In this document: positions 23,131-35,169 of the stretch, piece by piece | Layout of the letters: each line of letters opens with the position of its first letter | How positions within the stretch are numbered: the first letter of the stretch is position 1 | Source of the DNA: Octopus bimaculoides | Lineage: Eukaryota | DNA: 63,981 nucleotides | Reading direction: 5' to 3' | NCBI RefSeq assembly: GCF_001194135.2 | Contig: NC_068994.1 | Location: 50,644,962-50,708,942, forward strand | Made by a program: the position numbers and the translations under genes | Notes under the pieces: model-generated | What the model was told of the DNA's origin: nothing | What the model saw: only the letters and a program-made list of their open reading frames with translations | Database searches by the model: none

Positions 23131-24050
23131 AAACAAAAGTTAAAAAAAAAATAAATAAATAAATAAAAAAAGCAAAAAATCCCCCTCTATTTTCAGGCTT
23201 TGAAATTGTTAATTTTCATTTATTTATTTATCATTACTTATCTTAAAGGTTAGTTGTGTAAAGTGAGAGGTGGAGGAACTTTCTGGAGTTGTGTGTGTAG
23301 TAGTAATAGTTTGGTCCAGCTGGTGTAGATGAGTGTGTGTGTGTGTGTGTGTGTGTGTGTACATATGTGCTTGCCTGTCACTGTGTGATCAAGCTAGTCA
23401 GATGTGAGATTCTTTGAAGAGTTCAATGTTAGGTCAAGATGCATAGTTGTATATTTGTTGTGATTTCTCATTTCTTTTCTCTTTGTCTTTCTCACTGCTT
23501 TATTTTTTTTTTTTTTTTTTTACCAGTCTCTTTATCTTTGTCTCTTTTACTCTCTCTCTCTGTGTATGTGTGAGTGCATATATATATATATATATACATA
23601 CATATATATATACATATACATGCCTTTACTAGTTGTCTCACCCCTCCCCCACATTGTTTTTATTATTTTTTTTGTTATGCTATTAGCATAGCTATTGTTA
23701 GTTTTTTTTTTCTTTTTTCAAATCAATTATATTACATCCTACCAATGACTCAAGCTTGACCTACATAGAGAATTAAGAAGGAAATATAAACGCATAATAC
23801 CCCCCCCCCCNNNNNNNNNNNNNNNNNNNNNNNNNNNNNNNNNNNNNNNNNNNNNNNNNNNNNNNNNNNNNNNNNNNNNNNNNNNNNNNNNNNNNNNNNN
23901 NNNNNCTAGTACCGAATACTCTCTCCTTTCATCTAAAACCCTAAAATCTGCTTATATACACACATATACATATAATAACTCTACCCCAGCATGGCCACAG
24001 TCTTTGGGTTGGAACACAAAAGAAATAAAAGACAATATTTGTATATATAC

Positions 24051-24087
<37 letters not shown>

Positions 24088-24249
24088 CTGGGGCACTTAT
24101 TGCTTTCAAGAGTTTAGTTAAGCACAAGGCCCTAGTACATATCTCACTTTAGTACTTATTTTATTAATTCCTGTATGTTGAACTGTTAAGTTGTGAAATA
24201 TGGAGGGTCATGAGATAGATTGTTCCTTTTAGGTTTTGTGAACACACAT

Positions 24250-24548
24250 GGCTAAGTGGTTAGGGTCATGATTGTAAGGTCGTGAGTTCACTTTCAGGCC
24301 ATGCGTTGTATACTTGAGTAAGACTTTGTACTTCATGCTGCTCCTGTCCGCTCAGCTAGCAAAAATGAGTAGTACCTGTAATTGAAAGGGCCAGTCTTGT
24401 TGCATTGTGTCACACTGAATCTCCCTGAGAACTACATTAAGGGTACGCGTGTCTGTGGAGCGCTCAGCCACGTGCGTGTTAATTTCACAAGCCGGCTGCT
24501 CCATTGAGTGGGTCAACTGGAACAGTCGTCACTGACAGCGTGCCAGAT
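24250..24548 (+). mobile_element. SINE family E (tRNA-like head, CORE-like segment)
   Basis: ggctaagtggttagggt...gtgagttcactttcagg...cttgagtaagactttgtacttcatgctgctcctgtccgctcagctagcaaaaatgagtagtacc. Confidence 0.6.
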
Positions 24549-25062
24549 AAATAGAGATGCACACACACACACACACACACTAAGACCTGATTGTGATTAA
24601 AAAGTTTACTAAGCAACATTTTAATCATAATTTCATGTGCAGTAATTTGGGCCAGCATCTTTTACTATAGTCTGGGGCCAACCATAGTCCGAAGCCTTCT
24701 GAGCAAAATTGCGTAGGTGAAAACTGTGTGGAAGCCTGTTTTAATTTAAAGGGCCTTTGTGTGGGTTAATTCTGCTTGGAGATTACATTAACAGTCCATT
24801 AGCATCGTCACCATAGTTTTAACATCCGCTTTTCCATACTCACATGAGTTGAACAGAATTTGTTGAGGTTGATTTTCTCCTGCCAGTTTGCCCATCCTGT
24901 CACCAACCCTCACCTATTTCTTTCCTCATCTTGATGCTGCATAATGGTTGGAAACCAGCATCATTCATTTCCATGTCAGGCCACAGGAGAGTTGAGCTAT
25001 GAAAGGATAAAATTCTGTAATATCAAACTAAGTAAATTTACAGTCACATTCCACCTCTATCC

Positions 25063-25102
<40 letters not shown>

Positions 25103-25929
25103 CTTTCTTTTATTACTCGTACTATGTTACAGTTGCATACCACCTCCATTTATCTCTCTTTTCATCTCCTATAACTTGCCTCGTGCATCAGTTCCCACCC
25201 ACCCCCAACTACTTACACATAATCCTTCTTCTCTATGTAACCCTCTGGAATTTAACTTCCCTTCTCGGGGCCCGCCAGTTTTCTTGGATGTCATGGACTT
25301 TCAGATATTCAAACTGAACATTAACCGTATCAATCTCACCAGTTTCAGAGGTCTTTGGAGGGTTATAGGCACTCCTCTTTCTTCCTAACTAAGCCATGAA
25401 AACAACCAAAATAAATAGATGGATAAAAATACATGTTCTGGATGCCAAGGACATTCAACAAAGTTTAAATTGTGATATTTTCCCCTCCTCCACTTCTGTC
25501 CTGTTTTTTTTCGTTTTTTTTTTTTCCTCTTTTGAGATTTAACTCCACACTCAGCTGAACTGCACAAATTGTATTTATTCTTCAATGAAAGCCAACTTAA
25601 TTATCTGCTAATTAATAATTTAAAAGTCAAAATGAATTATTCACTCGAAAGTTTGAAAATTGTGATACGAAACAACTGAATATCTTTTTGAGGTAAATTC
25701 ATTTATAATTGAGCTAGTTTGCATTACAAAGAACACACCTGGGTGTACTTAAACTGAGTGAAAGGAAACTTGAAATATTTAGGCTAAAAGTTTTTAAAAT
25801 GCAACAAATCCACCATGTAGTTAGTCATCATTGGTTCATGTCTATCAATGTCTTGCACTTCAAAGTATATAAACATGCTTCATTGATATTTTATATTGTT
25901 GTTGTTGGCACTCTGTCGCTTACGATGTT

Positions 25930-26116
25930 TGCTCTTTTACTTGTTGTAGTCATACAACTGTGGCCATGCTGGAGTATCACATTGTAGTATGCTTCTCAAA
26001 CAAGTTGACACCAGTACTTATTTTAAGTTTTTCTTGCCAAAACACTAAGTTGCAAGAATGCAAACAAACCAACACTGGTTACTATGTGATGGAGGAAGGA
26101 TGGGGACAAAGATAAG

Positions 26117-26147
<31 letters not shown>

Positions 26148-26290
26148 GCCCACACACACTCACACACACACACACACACTCACACACACACACACAGAGT
26201 TTCTATCTGCCAAATTTATTCAAAAGGCTGTATATAGAACAGAAGACACTTACCCAAGGTGCCATGCAATGGGATTGAACCTGAAACCGC
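25930..26290 (-). mobile_element. SINE family C, diverged
   Basis: ggccatgctggag...ccagtacttatt...(ca)n...agaagacacttacccaaggtgccatgcaatgggattgaacc. Confidence 0.7.
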
Positions 26291-27197
26291 ATATTTGTGA
26301 TATCAAAATATGCTCTCTAGAACTACATTATTTTACATGAACCACCAATAAAGGGTGGTATGAGGGATATATTTAGCTGCTGTTTCTAGCCAGTCAGAGA
26401 CTCCCTCATTTTACTTTTAACACTTCTGTGAGTGCAGGCAGCATGGGAGAAAGGAAATAGGCATGTCAATATATTTTTAATGGTGATTTATCCCTTGTGG
26501 GGGTGGGGGTTGTGCCAGTTGTGTGTGTGTGGGGGGGGGTTATAGGATGGGTATTGAGTATAATGTCATTCAGTAAGTACTCAGTTGCCTGACTAAATAA
26601 ACTTTTGAAACCCTTGAGTCATCTGACATATTATCATTACTCCTACTCACACTCCCCCTCCCCGACTCCCACTTCATTTCCCTTAACAGGTGAGTAGGTA
26701 TGTCAGTTAAAAAAAAGTTAATCAAGTCTAAGGTGAATGTCATTTCCTTTTTGTTCCTGTTTCCTCTGCTGAGGTTTTATGTTCATTCATATTTCTAATT
26801 TCAAGTCAGCAAAGAAGCCATTTTAGCAGAAAACCTCTATCTACCCATCCATCTGTTTATTCATTTACCTATCTACCTACCTGTCTATCTGTCTTCTCCT
26901 CCTGTTTATCTACCTGTCTATCTACTTATCTACCTACNNNNNNNNNNTATATATGTTAGGCTGTGGGAGCTGCTATGTGTGTGTTAGTGAGTGTGTGTGT
27001 ATACACACACTAACACACACATAGCAGCTCTCACTGTGTGTGTATACACACATAGCAGCTCCCACTGTGTGTGTATACACACACACACACTCATGTGTGT
27101 TTGCCACATGTGATGTACAGAAATTCTATTATTAATTTTTGTCATTAAATCATGGTTTGAGAGTACTTTCATTAAAAAAAGCTTTAAGTGTACAAGC

Positions 27198-27660
27198 TCA
27201 TCATCATCGTCATCATCGTTTAACGTCCGCTTTCCATGCTAGTATGGGTTGGACGATTTGACTGAGGACTGGCGAACCAGATGGCAACACCAGGCTCCAA
27301 TCTGATTTGGCAGAGTTTCTACAGCTGGATGCCCTTCCTAACGCCAACCACTCAGAGAGTGTAGTGGGTACTTTTACGTGTCACCCGCACGAAGGCCAGT
27401 CAGGCGGTACTGGCAACGGCCACGCTNNNNNNNNNNGATGCCCTTCCTAACGCCAACCACTCAGAGAGTGTAGTGGGTACTTTTACGTGTCACCCGCACG
27501 AAGGCCAGTCAGGCGGTACTGGCAACGGCCACGCTCAAAATGGTGTATTTTATGTGCCACCCACACAAGAGCCAGTCTAGGGGCACTGGCAACGATCTCG
27601 CTCGAAAATCCTTACACATGTCACGGGCACAAGTGCCAGAAAGGCGACGCTGGCGACAAG
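27198..27660 (-). mobile_element. SINE family B, long young copy with an artefactual duplication across a 10-N gap
   Basis: catcatcgtttaacgtccgctttccatgctagtatgggttggacgatttgactgaggactggcg...aaggcgacgctgg. Confidence 0.9.
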
Positions 27661-28769
27661 CCAATTAGCCAAAGCTTAATGCATGCAGGTTGATGTCCCC
27701 TTGTTGTGCATAAAGAAAAGCAGTTAAAACATGCAAACAGGAAAAAACTAATAATTAATATTTCTTATTTGTGGACAATACATAAGCAAGCATTAATAGT
27801 CACTGTTAGCCCTGTTATAACTTGACCCCTTCGTTAACATATTTCTGTTGAAATAAATCCCAACCTCCGCTCCAATTAATTTTCAAGATAACGAAGACTT
27901 TAACAAAATAACTTTGTCTTTATTATTATTTATTATGGCCGGGTTCCAATCCAGGCTGCAACAACAGAGTTTCCAATATCTTCCATGGAAACATGTCCAG
28001 CTTGTGGGGAAATATATTACAGGAAAACCGGTAAACGTTAGCAAGAGGAAGGACATCAGGTTGTAGAAAATTTGCCTCAACAAATTCCACAAAACACACA
28101 CAAGCAGCATGGAAAAATGGGCATTTTAAAGCTGATGATGTTAATATATATATATATAATGTTACATATTCTAAGTTCAAATTCTTTTCAAAAGAAGGTT
28201 AATGGTTTAACCGGTGAGAGTTGGGGAGGGTGATAAAATAGTTAGTACTTTAGTACTGGTCATTAGCTGAATTAACGAAATTCCTTTCTCTCTATAGATT
28301 TTCATTGTTCACATCAATGTTATTAACTTTATCCAGCAAACATAACCCTATTCCTTATGAAGAATTCCTGTATACCATATCTTCTGAAAAATAAAAGAAT
28401 AAAGATTACACAAGGAATGGAATTTACTCAAATATCTACAGGCATATCTCAAATTTGAATACTGTCTTTATTTCTGTGTCAAGTATCTCCTTGAAGACTC
28501 CCAGCTGGCCCTGGTCGATATGGAGGTTATCAGATAACTGGCAGGAAGAGTCTAAAATGTTATTACTACTATTATTTGTATCCCAGCATTGCACAGTGTC
28601 TGTAACCAAAGACGTTTAACTTTCAAATGGTTTGATCCATCTCCGACTTGTAAATAAATGATTAACCCTAGCTCATACTTGATTCAGCAAACCTATAATC
28701 AACAGCATTCCAGATGTGACCATCCCACCATTTTATATACTCCTGACTACAGTGTCCAGTATCTGTCTA

Positions 28770-29035
28770 TCATCATCATCATCATCATTTAATGTCCTCC
28801 TTCCATGCTGGCATGGATTGGATAGTTTGACAGGAACTGGCAAGTCAGAAGGCTGTGCCTAACTCTACTGTCTGCTTTGACATGGTTTCTATGGCTTTGC
28901 TTATTTTTATAAGATGGTAAGGAATGATTTGAGGAGAATTTGGCAGTTCTTGGACCTATCAGCTCCTGTCAAACCATCCAGCCAATGTCAGCTTAGAACA
29001 TGGCCATTAAACACTGTTGATGGTGATGATGATGG
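28770..29035. mobile_element. Two family-B tails in inverted orientation
   Basis: 28770-28880 on the minus strand, and 28940-29035 on the plus strand (cctgtcaaaccatcc...cattaa...gatgatgatg). Confidence 0.65.
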
Positions 29036-29384
29036 GTAATACAGCATTAGGTATCTTATGCCTGAAGTCAAAATGGTATATGGAATGGACATGAATGGGA
29101 TACCTTTCACCATCAGCTTACTCGGTCAAGTCCATTTTGGCCAAACAACATTCTTACAAAATGTAAAGAGAGCTAATTTCAAGATTTTAGTAGAAAAATT
29201 TAATATATCAATAGGAAGGGCAGTCATTAATTTTCCACAATATGTATTTTTTCCCTTTGACAGAAAAATTATTTGCATATGATGGATGAGATGCTGCTAA
29301 ACATTTTGCCCACCATGCTAACAATTCAAATTAATTATGGCTCTGCCTTTGAAATCATCCACAACATGCGAGCATCATTTAGTA

Positions 29385-29495
29385 AATCATCGTCGTCATT
29401 GTCGTTTAACGTCTGCTTTCCATGTTGACATGGGTTGGACAGTTTGACTGAAGACTGACAAGCCAGAAGGCTGTACCAGGCTCCAATCTGATCTG
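29385..29495 (-). mobile_element. SINE family B tail
   Basis: catcgtcgtcattgtcgtttaacgtctgctttccatgttgacatgggttggacagtttgactg. Confidence 0.75.
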
Positions 29496-30629
29496 GCAAG
29501 ATCAAGTTTCCAAAACAACTCTTAGAAATACACAAACAAAATCATTCTGAAATCTACCAGTGACTATTGGACTCTTATGATAACGAAGGTGCCACTGTTG
29601 ATGATTCTTTCAAAGTGCATTACAGATAATTAACTCCTTTTGGTACCATATTTGTATTGAAATATACCACTTTTGTTTTAATTAATTTTGAAAATAATGA
29701 AGAATTTAGTAAAATTCCACACATGGCTAATCTCTTGTTTATTTCCCATTGAATTCCATCTGAGAAAGGTTAAGGAGTGACAACTGGCATACCTTTCAAT
29801 CTAAAACTATAATTTGCTAGTATTTCTGTCTCACCTTGATAATTATATTAGATAGTAGAAGAGTGGTGTCATTATTGATTTAGTAAAAAAAACACTGAAT
29901 CATTATAAACTCTTTTGATACCAACATGGCTGAGACTATCTTTGGTTCTATGATGCAAACCCTCTGTTTTAAAGATATCTAAACCAAACCTGTCACAATG
30001 TTCCTGCTATAGCAGGAATAAATTAAACATCATTTCTGTCAGATTCTTGGTAGAATGGTAATGAACAACACATGTAGAAAATGCAGCTAATTTTTGCCAT
30101 TACTTTGTCTGCAATAATTACTCTTGAGCTGTATATATAACAATTTACATTTTTGCTCAGGAACCCAGCTGGAGGGTAAAGTTAGACATGGGGGCCCAGG
30201 TCTGATAGGGTTAAAACCATTTGTAAAATTTTCATGTTAATTTATGTGTTAAACAACAACTTGATATTGACAAAGTTATTTTATTAATTCTTTGTTATTT
30301 TCAAAATTAATTGGAAAAAAAAGGCAATTTATTTCAACAGAAACCATCATCATTGTTATTTAGTGTTCATATTCCATGCTAGCATAGGCTGGATGGTTTG
30401 GCAGAATTCAATAAACTACCAGACTTTTGAGTTCCAGTCTCTGTTGGCCTTCTCAATTCCAACTACCTTACAGAACACACTCGGTTCTTTGTGACACCAG
30501 CACTAGTGAGGTCAGCAAGTAACTTGCAAGACAAAGAAGAGGGTCCCTCAACTGAGACCGTGCATTATGCCAGGTGTTGAGAGGCTTAAGTATAATAAAG
30601 GGACAAGGGCAGGCACAGGTATCTTGCTG

Positions 30630-30770
30630 TGGGTTAAGCTGATGTTTGGAACATAAATTACATGAAATTTTGATGGAAGGTTTTAAATTAGATTGCGTTA
30701 AATCAGGAAGTTTGTACAGGGAACAGTGTGAGGGGGATCTCAGGCAGGCTGGCATCAAAAGGGTTAGTGA
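30630..30770 (-). mobile_element. MITE family P2 fragment (others at 29630-29715, 29906-30010 and 30215-30345)
   Basis: ttaagctgatgtttggaacataaatt...ctcaggcaggctggcatcaaaagggtta. Confidence 0.7.
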
Positions 30771-31145
30771 TTCATTCCAGTACTTGGGGTATCTGGTATT
30801 TCTGTACCCCTTCCTATGACTAATGATTTCACAAAGCCAACCTGCCTCTTGTCAACATAACCAAAACTGTGACTGACTATGAGGGAATGAAATGCTTGCC
30901 ACACTCCCTCACATAATTAGGAAATTATTTACTTGTTTATTTCCTATTGACATTCCATCTGAGAAAGGTAAGGAGGGAGTCAGCACACATCTTTCATTGT
31001 AAAACTATAATTTGCTAGTATTTCTTTCTTAGCTTGATAATTATATAAGACAACAAGACGGCAGATGAGTATTGTCACAATTGAGTTGGTTAAGGAAGAC
31101 ACCAAGTCACAGGTTTTTGTTTCCTTGTTTCTGTTTACTTATTTA

Positions 31146-31660
31146 TTATTCAATAAAGTATCTATTCATGTTTAATATTTTCTGGCAGGTTTTGAATATG
31201 AATATCTGATTGCTGCTGTTTTCCATCAATGGAGAACGCCTCCTCCCTTTAGGTGATGTCTGCTCATAATACACACGATTCACCAGTGTAAAGGCGACTT
31301 TCGTTGAACCAAAGCAAACAGTAATCACATATTCATTTTTGAATTTGCCAGAACATATTAAGAATGAATAAATAGATGTGTCATTGATCGTATTCAGTGT
31401 GTGCACCCCATGAATTATTATCTGTTTGGCAGACATCCGCATGCATCAGCAAATAATTTGTTGGCTAATTCCTATAAACAAGAGCTTGTGCTCTACTAAA
31501 CAAGAACAATGAGCCAATCCATTGCAATGAGAAACTCTCTTGGATGATCAGTATGTGTTCATTTACAATCAATGGCTTATCTATTAGGTGGTAGAACCCA
31601 AACTTTTTCTGGAGCAATATACTGTTTATAAGGTACATGAGCTTATGAGACACATCTGTT
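31146..31660 (-). pseudogene. Unassigned decayed coding-like segment (two adjacent frame-shifted ORFs of 62 and 98 aa)
   Basis: High-complexity sequence with same-strand ORFs at 31465-31653 and 31146-31442 separated by 22 nt. I cannot recognise the family. Confidence 0.3.
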
Positions 31661-31860
31661 TAGGCAAGGTCTTTTTCTTTTTTAAACATTGCTTACCAAC
31701 AACCTAAACTCCAACACTGTTAGGTTTACAAGATGCAGGGTGATTTTCTGGGTCATTTGTCATTTTTTTGTAAGTGCATCCTATCAGTAAATATCTTCCA
31801 TCTTAACCTCCTCTTATTCCACAGGCTATTTTATTTTTGTTTAATCCCGGCTTAACCCTG

Positions 31861-32093
31861 ATTGACCCTTTAGCATCCAAATTACTCTGAAAAATGTAAA
31901 GCTTATTTATTCATCTTATTTTGAATTAATCATGTATCATCTCATAGATTTGATTGAGATTTTGATGATGCTATTGTCTATATTTAGAATGACATTGTAA
32001 GGTAGTTATGAGAGACTAGATCTGGCCAGTTTGAACATAAAACAGGACATATATCTGGACCAGATGTGGCCAGTTTAAATACTAAAGGATTAA
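31861..32093 (-). mobile_element. MITE family P1
   Basis: gaccctttagcatcc ... gatgtggccagtttaaatactaaaggattaa. Confidence 0.75.
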
Positions 32094-32228
32094 AGATTTA
32101 TGCTCAGACAATCCAGTTGTGACTATCCCATTGTTGTGAAGTGGGGGCTAACTAACATTACATTATTTAATGTATTCTTACCCCAAGATGTTATGAAGTC
32201 ATTTTAGGGAGATTTGGCTGTTTTTATG

Positions 32229-32298
<70 letters not shown>

Positions 32299-32335
32299 AT
32301 ATCAAACAATAAGCAACACGGATTTCAAAAGTGAT

Positions 32336-32424
32336 TGCAGTACGCACGTTTCATGCTACTTCAATTTATTTAAGTAATGTGAGCATTACCTTAAATGCAA
32401 TATGAAGAGCAATCTTCAGCTGCA
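32336..32424 (-). ncRNA. Type I hammerhead ribozyme motif (PLE-type) with intact catalytic core
   Basis: Minus-strand RNA: UGCAG-CUGAAGA-[long stem II, UGCU-CUUCA...UGAAG-U-AGCA, enclosing UUAAGGUAAUG-CUCA-CAUUACUUAA]-GAAAC-GUGC-GUA-CUGCA. Stem I is 5 perfect bp, stem III is a near-palindrome, and the cleavage triplet is GUA. Confidence 0.8.
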
Positions 32425-32763
32425 CGAAANNNNNNNNNNNNNNNNNNNNNNNNNNNNNNNNNNNNNNNNNNNNNNNNNNNNNNNNNNNNNNNNNNNNNNN
32501 NNNNNNNNNNNNNNNNNNNNNNNNNNNNNNNNNNNNNNNNNNNNNNNNNNNNNNNNNNNNNNNNNNNNNNNNNNNNNNNNNNNNNNNNNNNNNNNNNNNN
32601 NNNNNNNNNNNNNNNNNNNNNNNNNNNNNNNNNNNNNNNNNNNNNNNNNNNNNNNNNNNNNNNNNNNNNNNNNNNNNNNNNNNNNNNNNNNNNNNNNNNN
32701 NNNNNNNNNNNNNNNNTATATATATATATATATATATTAGACATATATATAGAGTATATACAC

Positions 32764-32802
<39 letters not shown>

Positions 32803-32828
32803 GACATATATACAGAGTATATACAAAC

Positions 32829-32867
<39 letters not shown>

Positions 32868-33566
32868 TTTGTATATACTCCGTTATGTCTAATACAGGAA
32901 ATGCTCTAAAAGAAAATCTAATTAAACTCAAGTCAGACAGCCACCAGGGTAATAAATATATAAAAAATAAAGGAAGGAGGAATAGTTACAAGTTCAAAGT
33001 GTGTGTGTGTTGGTTGGTTTGTCTGTGTGTGTGTGTAGTGTTTAATAAATGTTTTGTCAATGTTTGCTGATGTATTTAATTATAAAATGACTTGGAACAT
33101 TCTCCCCTGCCCACCGTAACTTTTGTCTGTAAAAATCTACTCAGAAATCATATTTTTACTGCAACATATACAATGCATCAGCTGAGTATTTTATTTATAA
33201 GACCTTATTAATGTTGTTGGAGTTGTTATGTTTATTGTTGTAATTATTGCTTGAAAGCTTAAAATTTTTTAATTAACAAATATGAGTAGTAGTGGTGTGA
33301 TGGTGACAACTTTCGTAGTGTTGGTAGGGGGGGGGAGTATTTTAAATCAAACATGTAATATTTTGTGAGATGGAGAAACTTTCGTGAACTGAAGTTATCC
33401 ATGCACTGAGTAGACAAAAATTCCCTTTAAGAGTGTTTAAAACCTATAAGCAATGAGCAAGGGAGATAACTCGAAGAAGGCAAGTTGAAGGAAGTGTTTG
33501 GAAAATATTGACTGTCTATATGGCTGAGGATGTGGTCTATAGAGCTAACTGATGAAAGTAAGGGAT

Positions 33567-33592
33567 GTTTCAGTCTTATTAGACCACTTCAG
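33567..33592 (-). ncRNA. Decayed minimal hammerhead-like motif
   Basis: Minus strand: CUGAAGU-GGUCU-AAUA-AGACU-GAAAC. Stem II pairs (5 bp), A9 is mutated, and stems I and III are lost. Confidence 0.35.
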
Positions 33593-33739
33593 CAAAATAT
33601 ACTGTGCTGGATATCATTTATTTCCCTGAAACAGCTGTAAGAGCACCTTTCTATTCATAAATATCCTACGAATATCAAATTGCCTTGGCCTTGTTATCTT
33701 ATTTTATTTAACACACACACACACACATATGTGTATGTA

Positions 33740-34035
33740 TGTGTGCATGGTTGTGTGGTAAGAAGCTTGCTTCCCAACCACATGGTTCCAGGTTTGGTCC
33801 TATTGCATGGCACCTTGCACAAGTGTCTTCTACTTGAGCCTCAGGCTGACCGAAGCCTTGTGAGTGGATTTGGTTAAAGGAAACTGAAAGCCCATATGTA
33901 TACGTATATATTTATGTGCATGTCTTTGTGTCTGTATTTGTTCCCCCACCAGCACCACCATTTGACAACTGGTGTAGGGGTGTTTATGTCCCCGTAACTC
34001 AGCAGTTCTTCAAAAGAGATCGATAGAATAAGTAT
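33740..34035 (+). mobile_element. SINE family C
   Basis: gcatggttgtgtggtaagaagcttgcttcccaaccacatggttcc...gccttgtgagtggatttgg...gagatcgatagaataagta. Confidence 0.8.
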
Positions 34036-35169
34036 CCGAGAGAAAGGGTGGAATTGTGGTGCAGATTAAGAGGCTAAGGGAGAAATACTTGAGTCAAGGG
34101 TTTCCTGCTTTCTGATGCAAATGTGGTAGGGTCTCTCTCATTCAAAGATGTAACAGCAAGTTGAAAATCTTTAGATTAACTGAGATAATCCATGTAGTGA
34201 ATCTATTCAGATTCCTCTGCTTCTTTTTTGCCTTCTCTATCTACTATATCTGGTCTGGTGGCTACCACCCCTCACTAATTGCCACAAACCTTTCTTTCTC
34301 TCATGCCTGTTCTTGTTAAGTCCCTCCACCACCATCGTTATCAGGGGCTTCATCAACACCCTATCTCTCCTTCCCTATTACTACCACAACCACATCAACA
34401 ACAACAACAACAACAGTATTTATTTAAACACACTTCAATAGTTAGTAAGAATTCCTCTAATCTATTTCTAACCAAGAAAAAACAAACTTTATCACATTGC
34501 ATTCTCCCTTTGCTGTAGGGACAAAATACCTTGGTTGCAGCAGTAGTGGTGGTGGTGGTGGTGGTGGTGGGTAGTGGTGCAGGTTCTCTGACTTTAAAAA
34601 AAGCATGACCTACTTTCTCTTATTTAAAGCCTATTTCACTTCACTTCTGCTGGGTTATGAAGTCTAGATGCAGTAGTTCCTGGAGCTGACAAATGCCAGT
34701 CCCCACCCCCACGCCTGCTCATCCCTTCCTCCTGGAAAAAGTATTAGTGAAAATTTTTTGCTTTCTTCTTTAGACAAAGCAGAGTTTGCATCCATATAAT
34801 ACTTCTGTTTTGTTTGTTTGTTTGTTCGTTTTGGGGGTCCTTTTCTTTTTTGTCCTTCTGTCAGACAAGTTTAGAAATTTAACCCTTTGACTACATAAAT
34901 AAATTTCATGGTCATTCTTGTAATGATATTAATTAACCACCAAAAAAACCTAACAAAAAAAAAATGGATTTGATATTTTCTACTTCTCCAACACTTTTTC
35001 AGGTAGTTTCCATATCTACCACAAAAGTATTTGATCCTTGCTCTGTAAAGAGATATTGGATGAAAATCTGAAAAATTGTCTTTTGTGAAAGGTGTCACTG
35101 GGAATAAATATCTCCTCTTCTCACAATATATTCTTTTATTCTTTTACTTGTTTCAGTCATTTGACTGTG

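Noticed and set aside
27259-27285. ctgagga-ctggc-gaaac on the antisense of family-B SINEs, resembling a hammerhead core
   Set aside because: There is no room for stem II and no stem I/III pairing.
27328-27535. Apparent ~99-bp exact tandem duplication in a family-B SINE
   Set aside because: It straddles a 10-N gap with identical copies, so it is an assembly overlap artefact.
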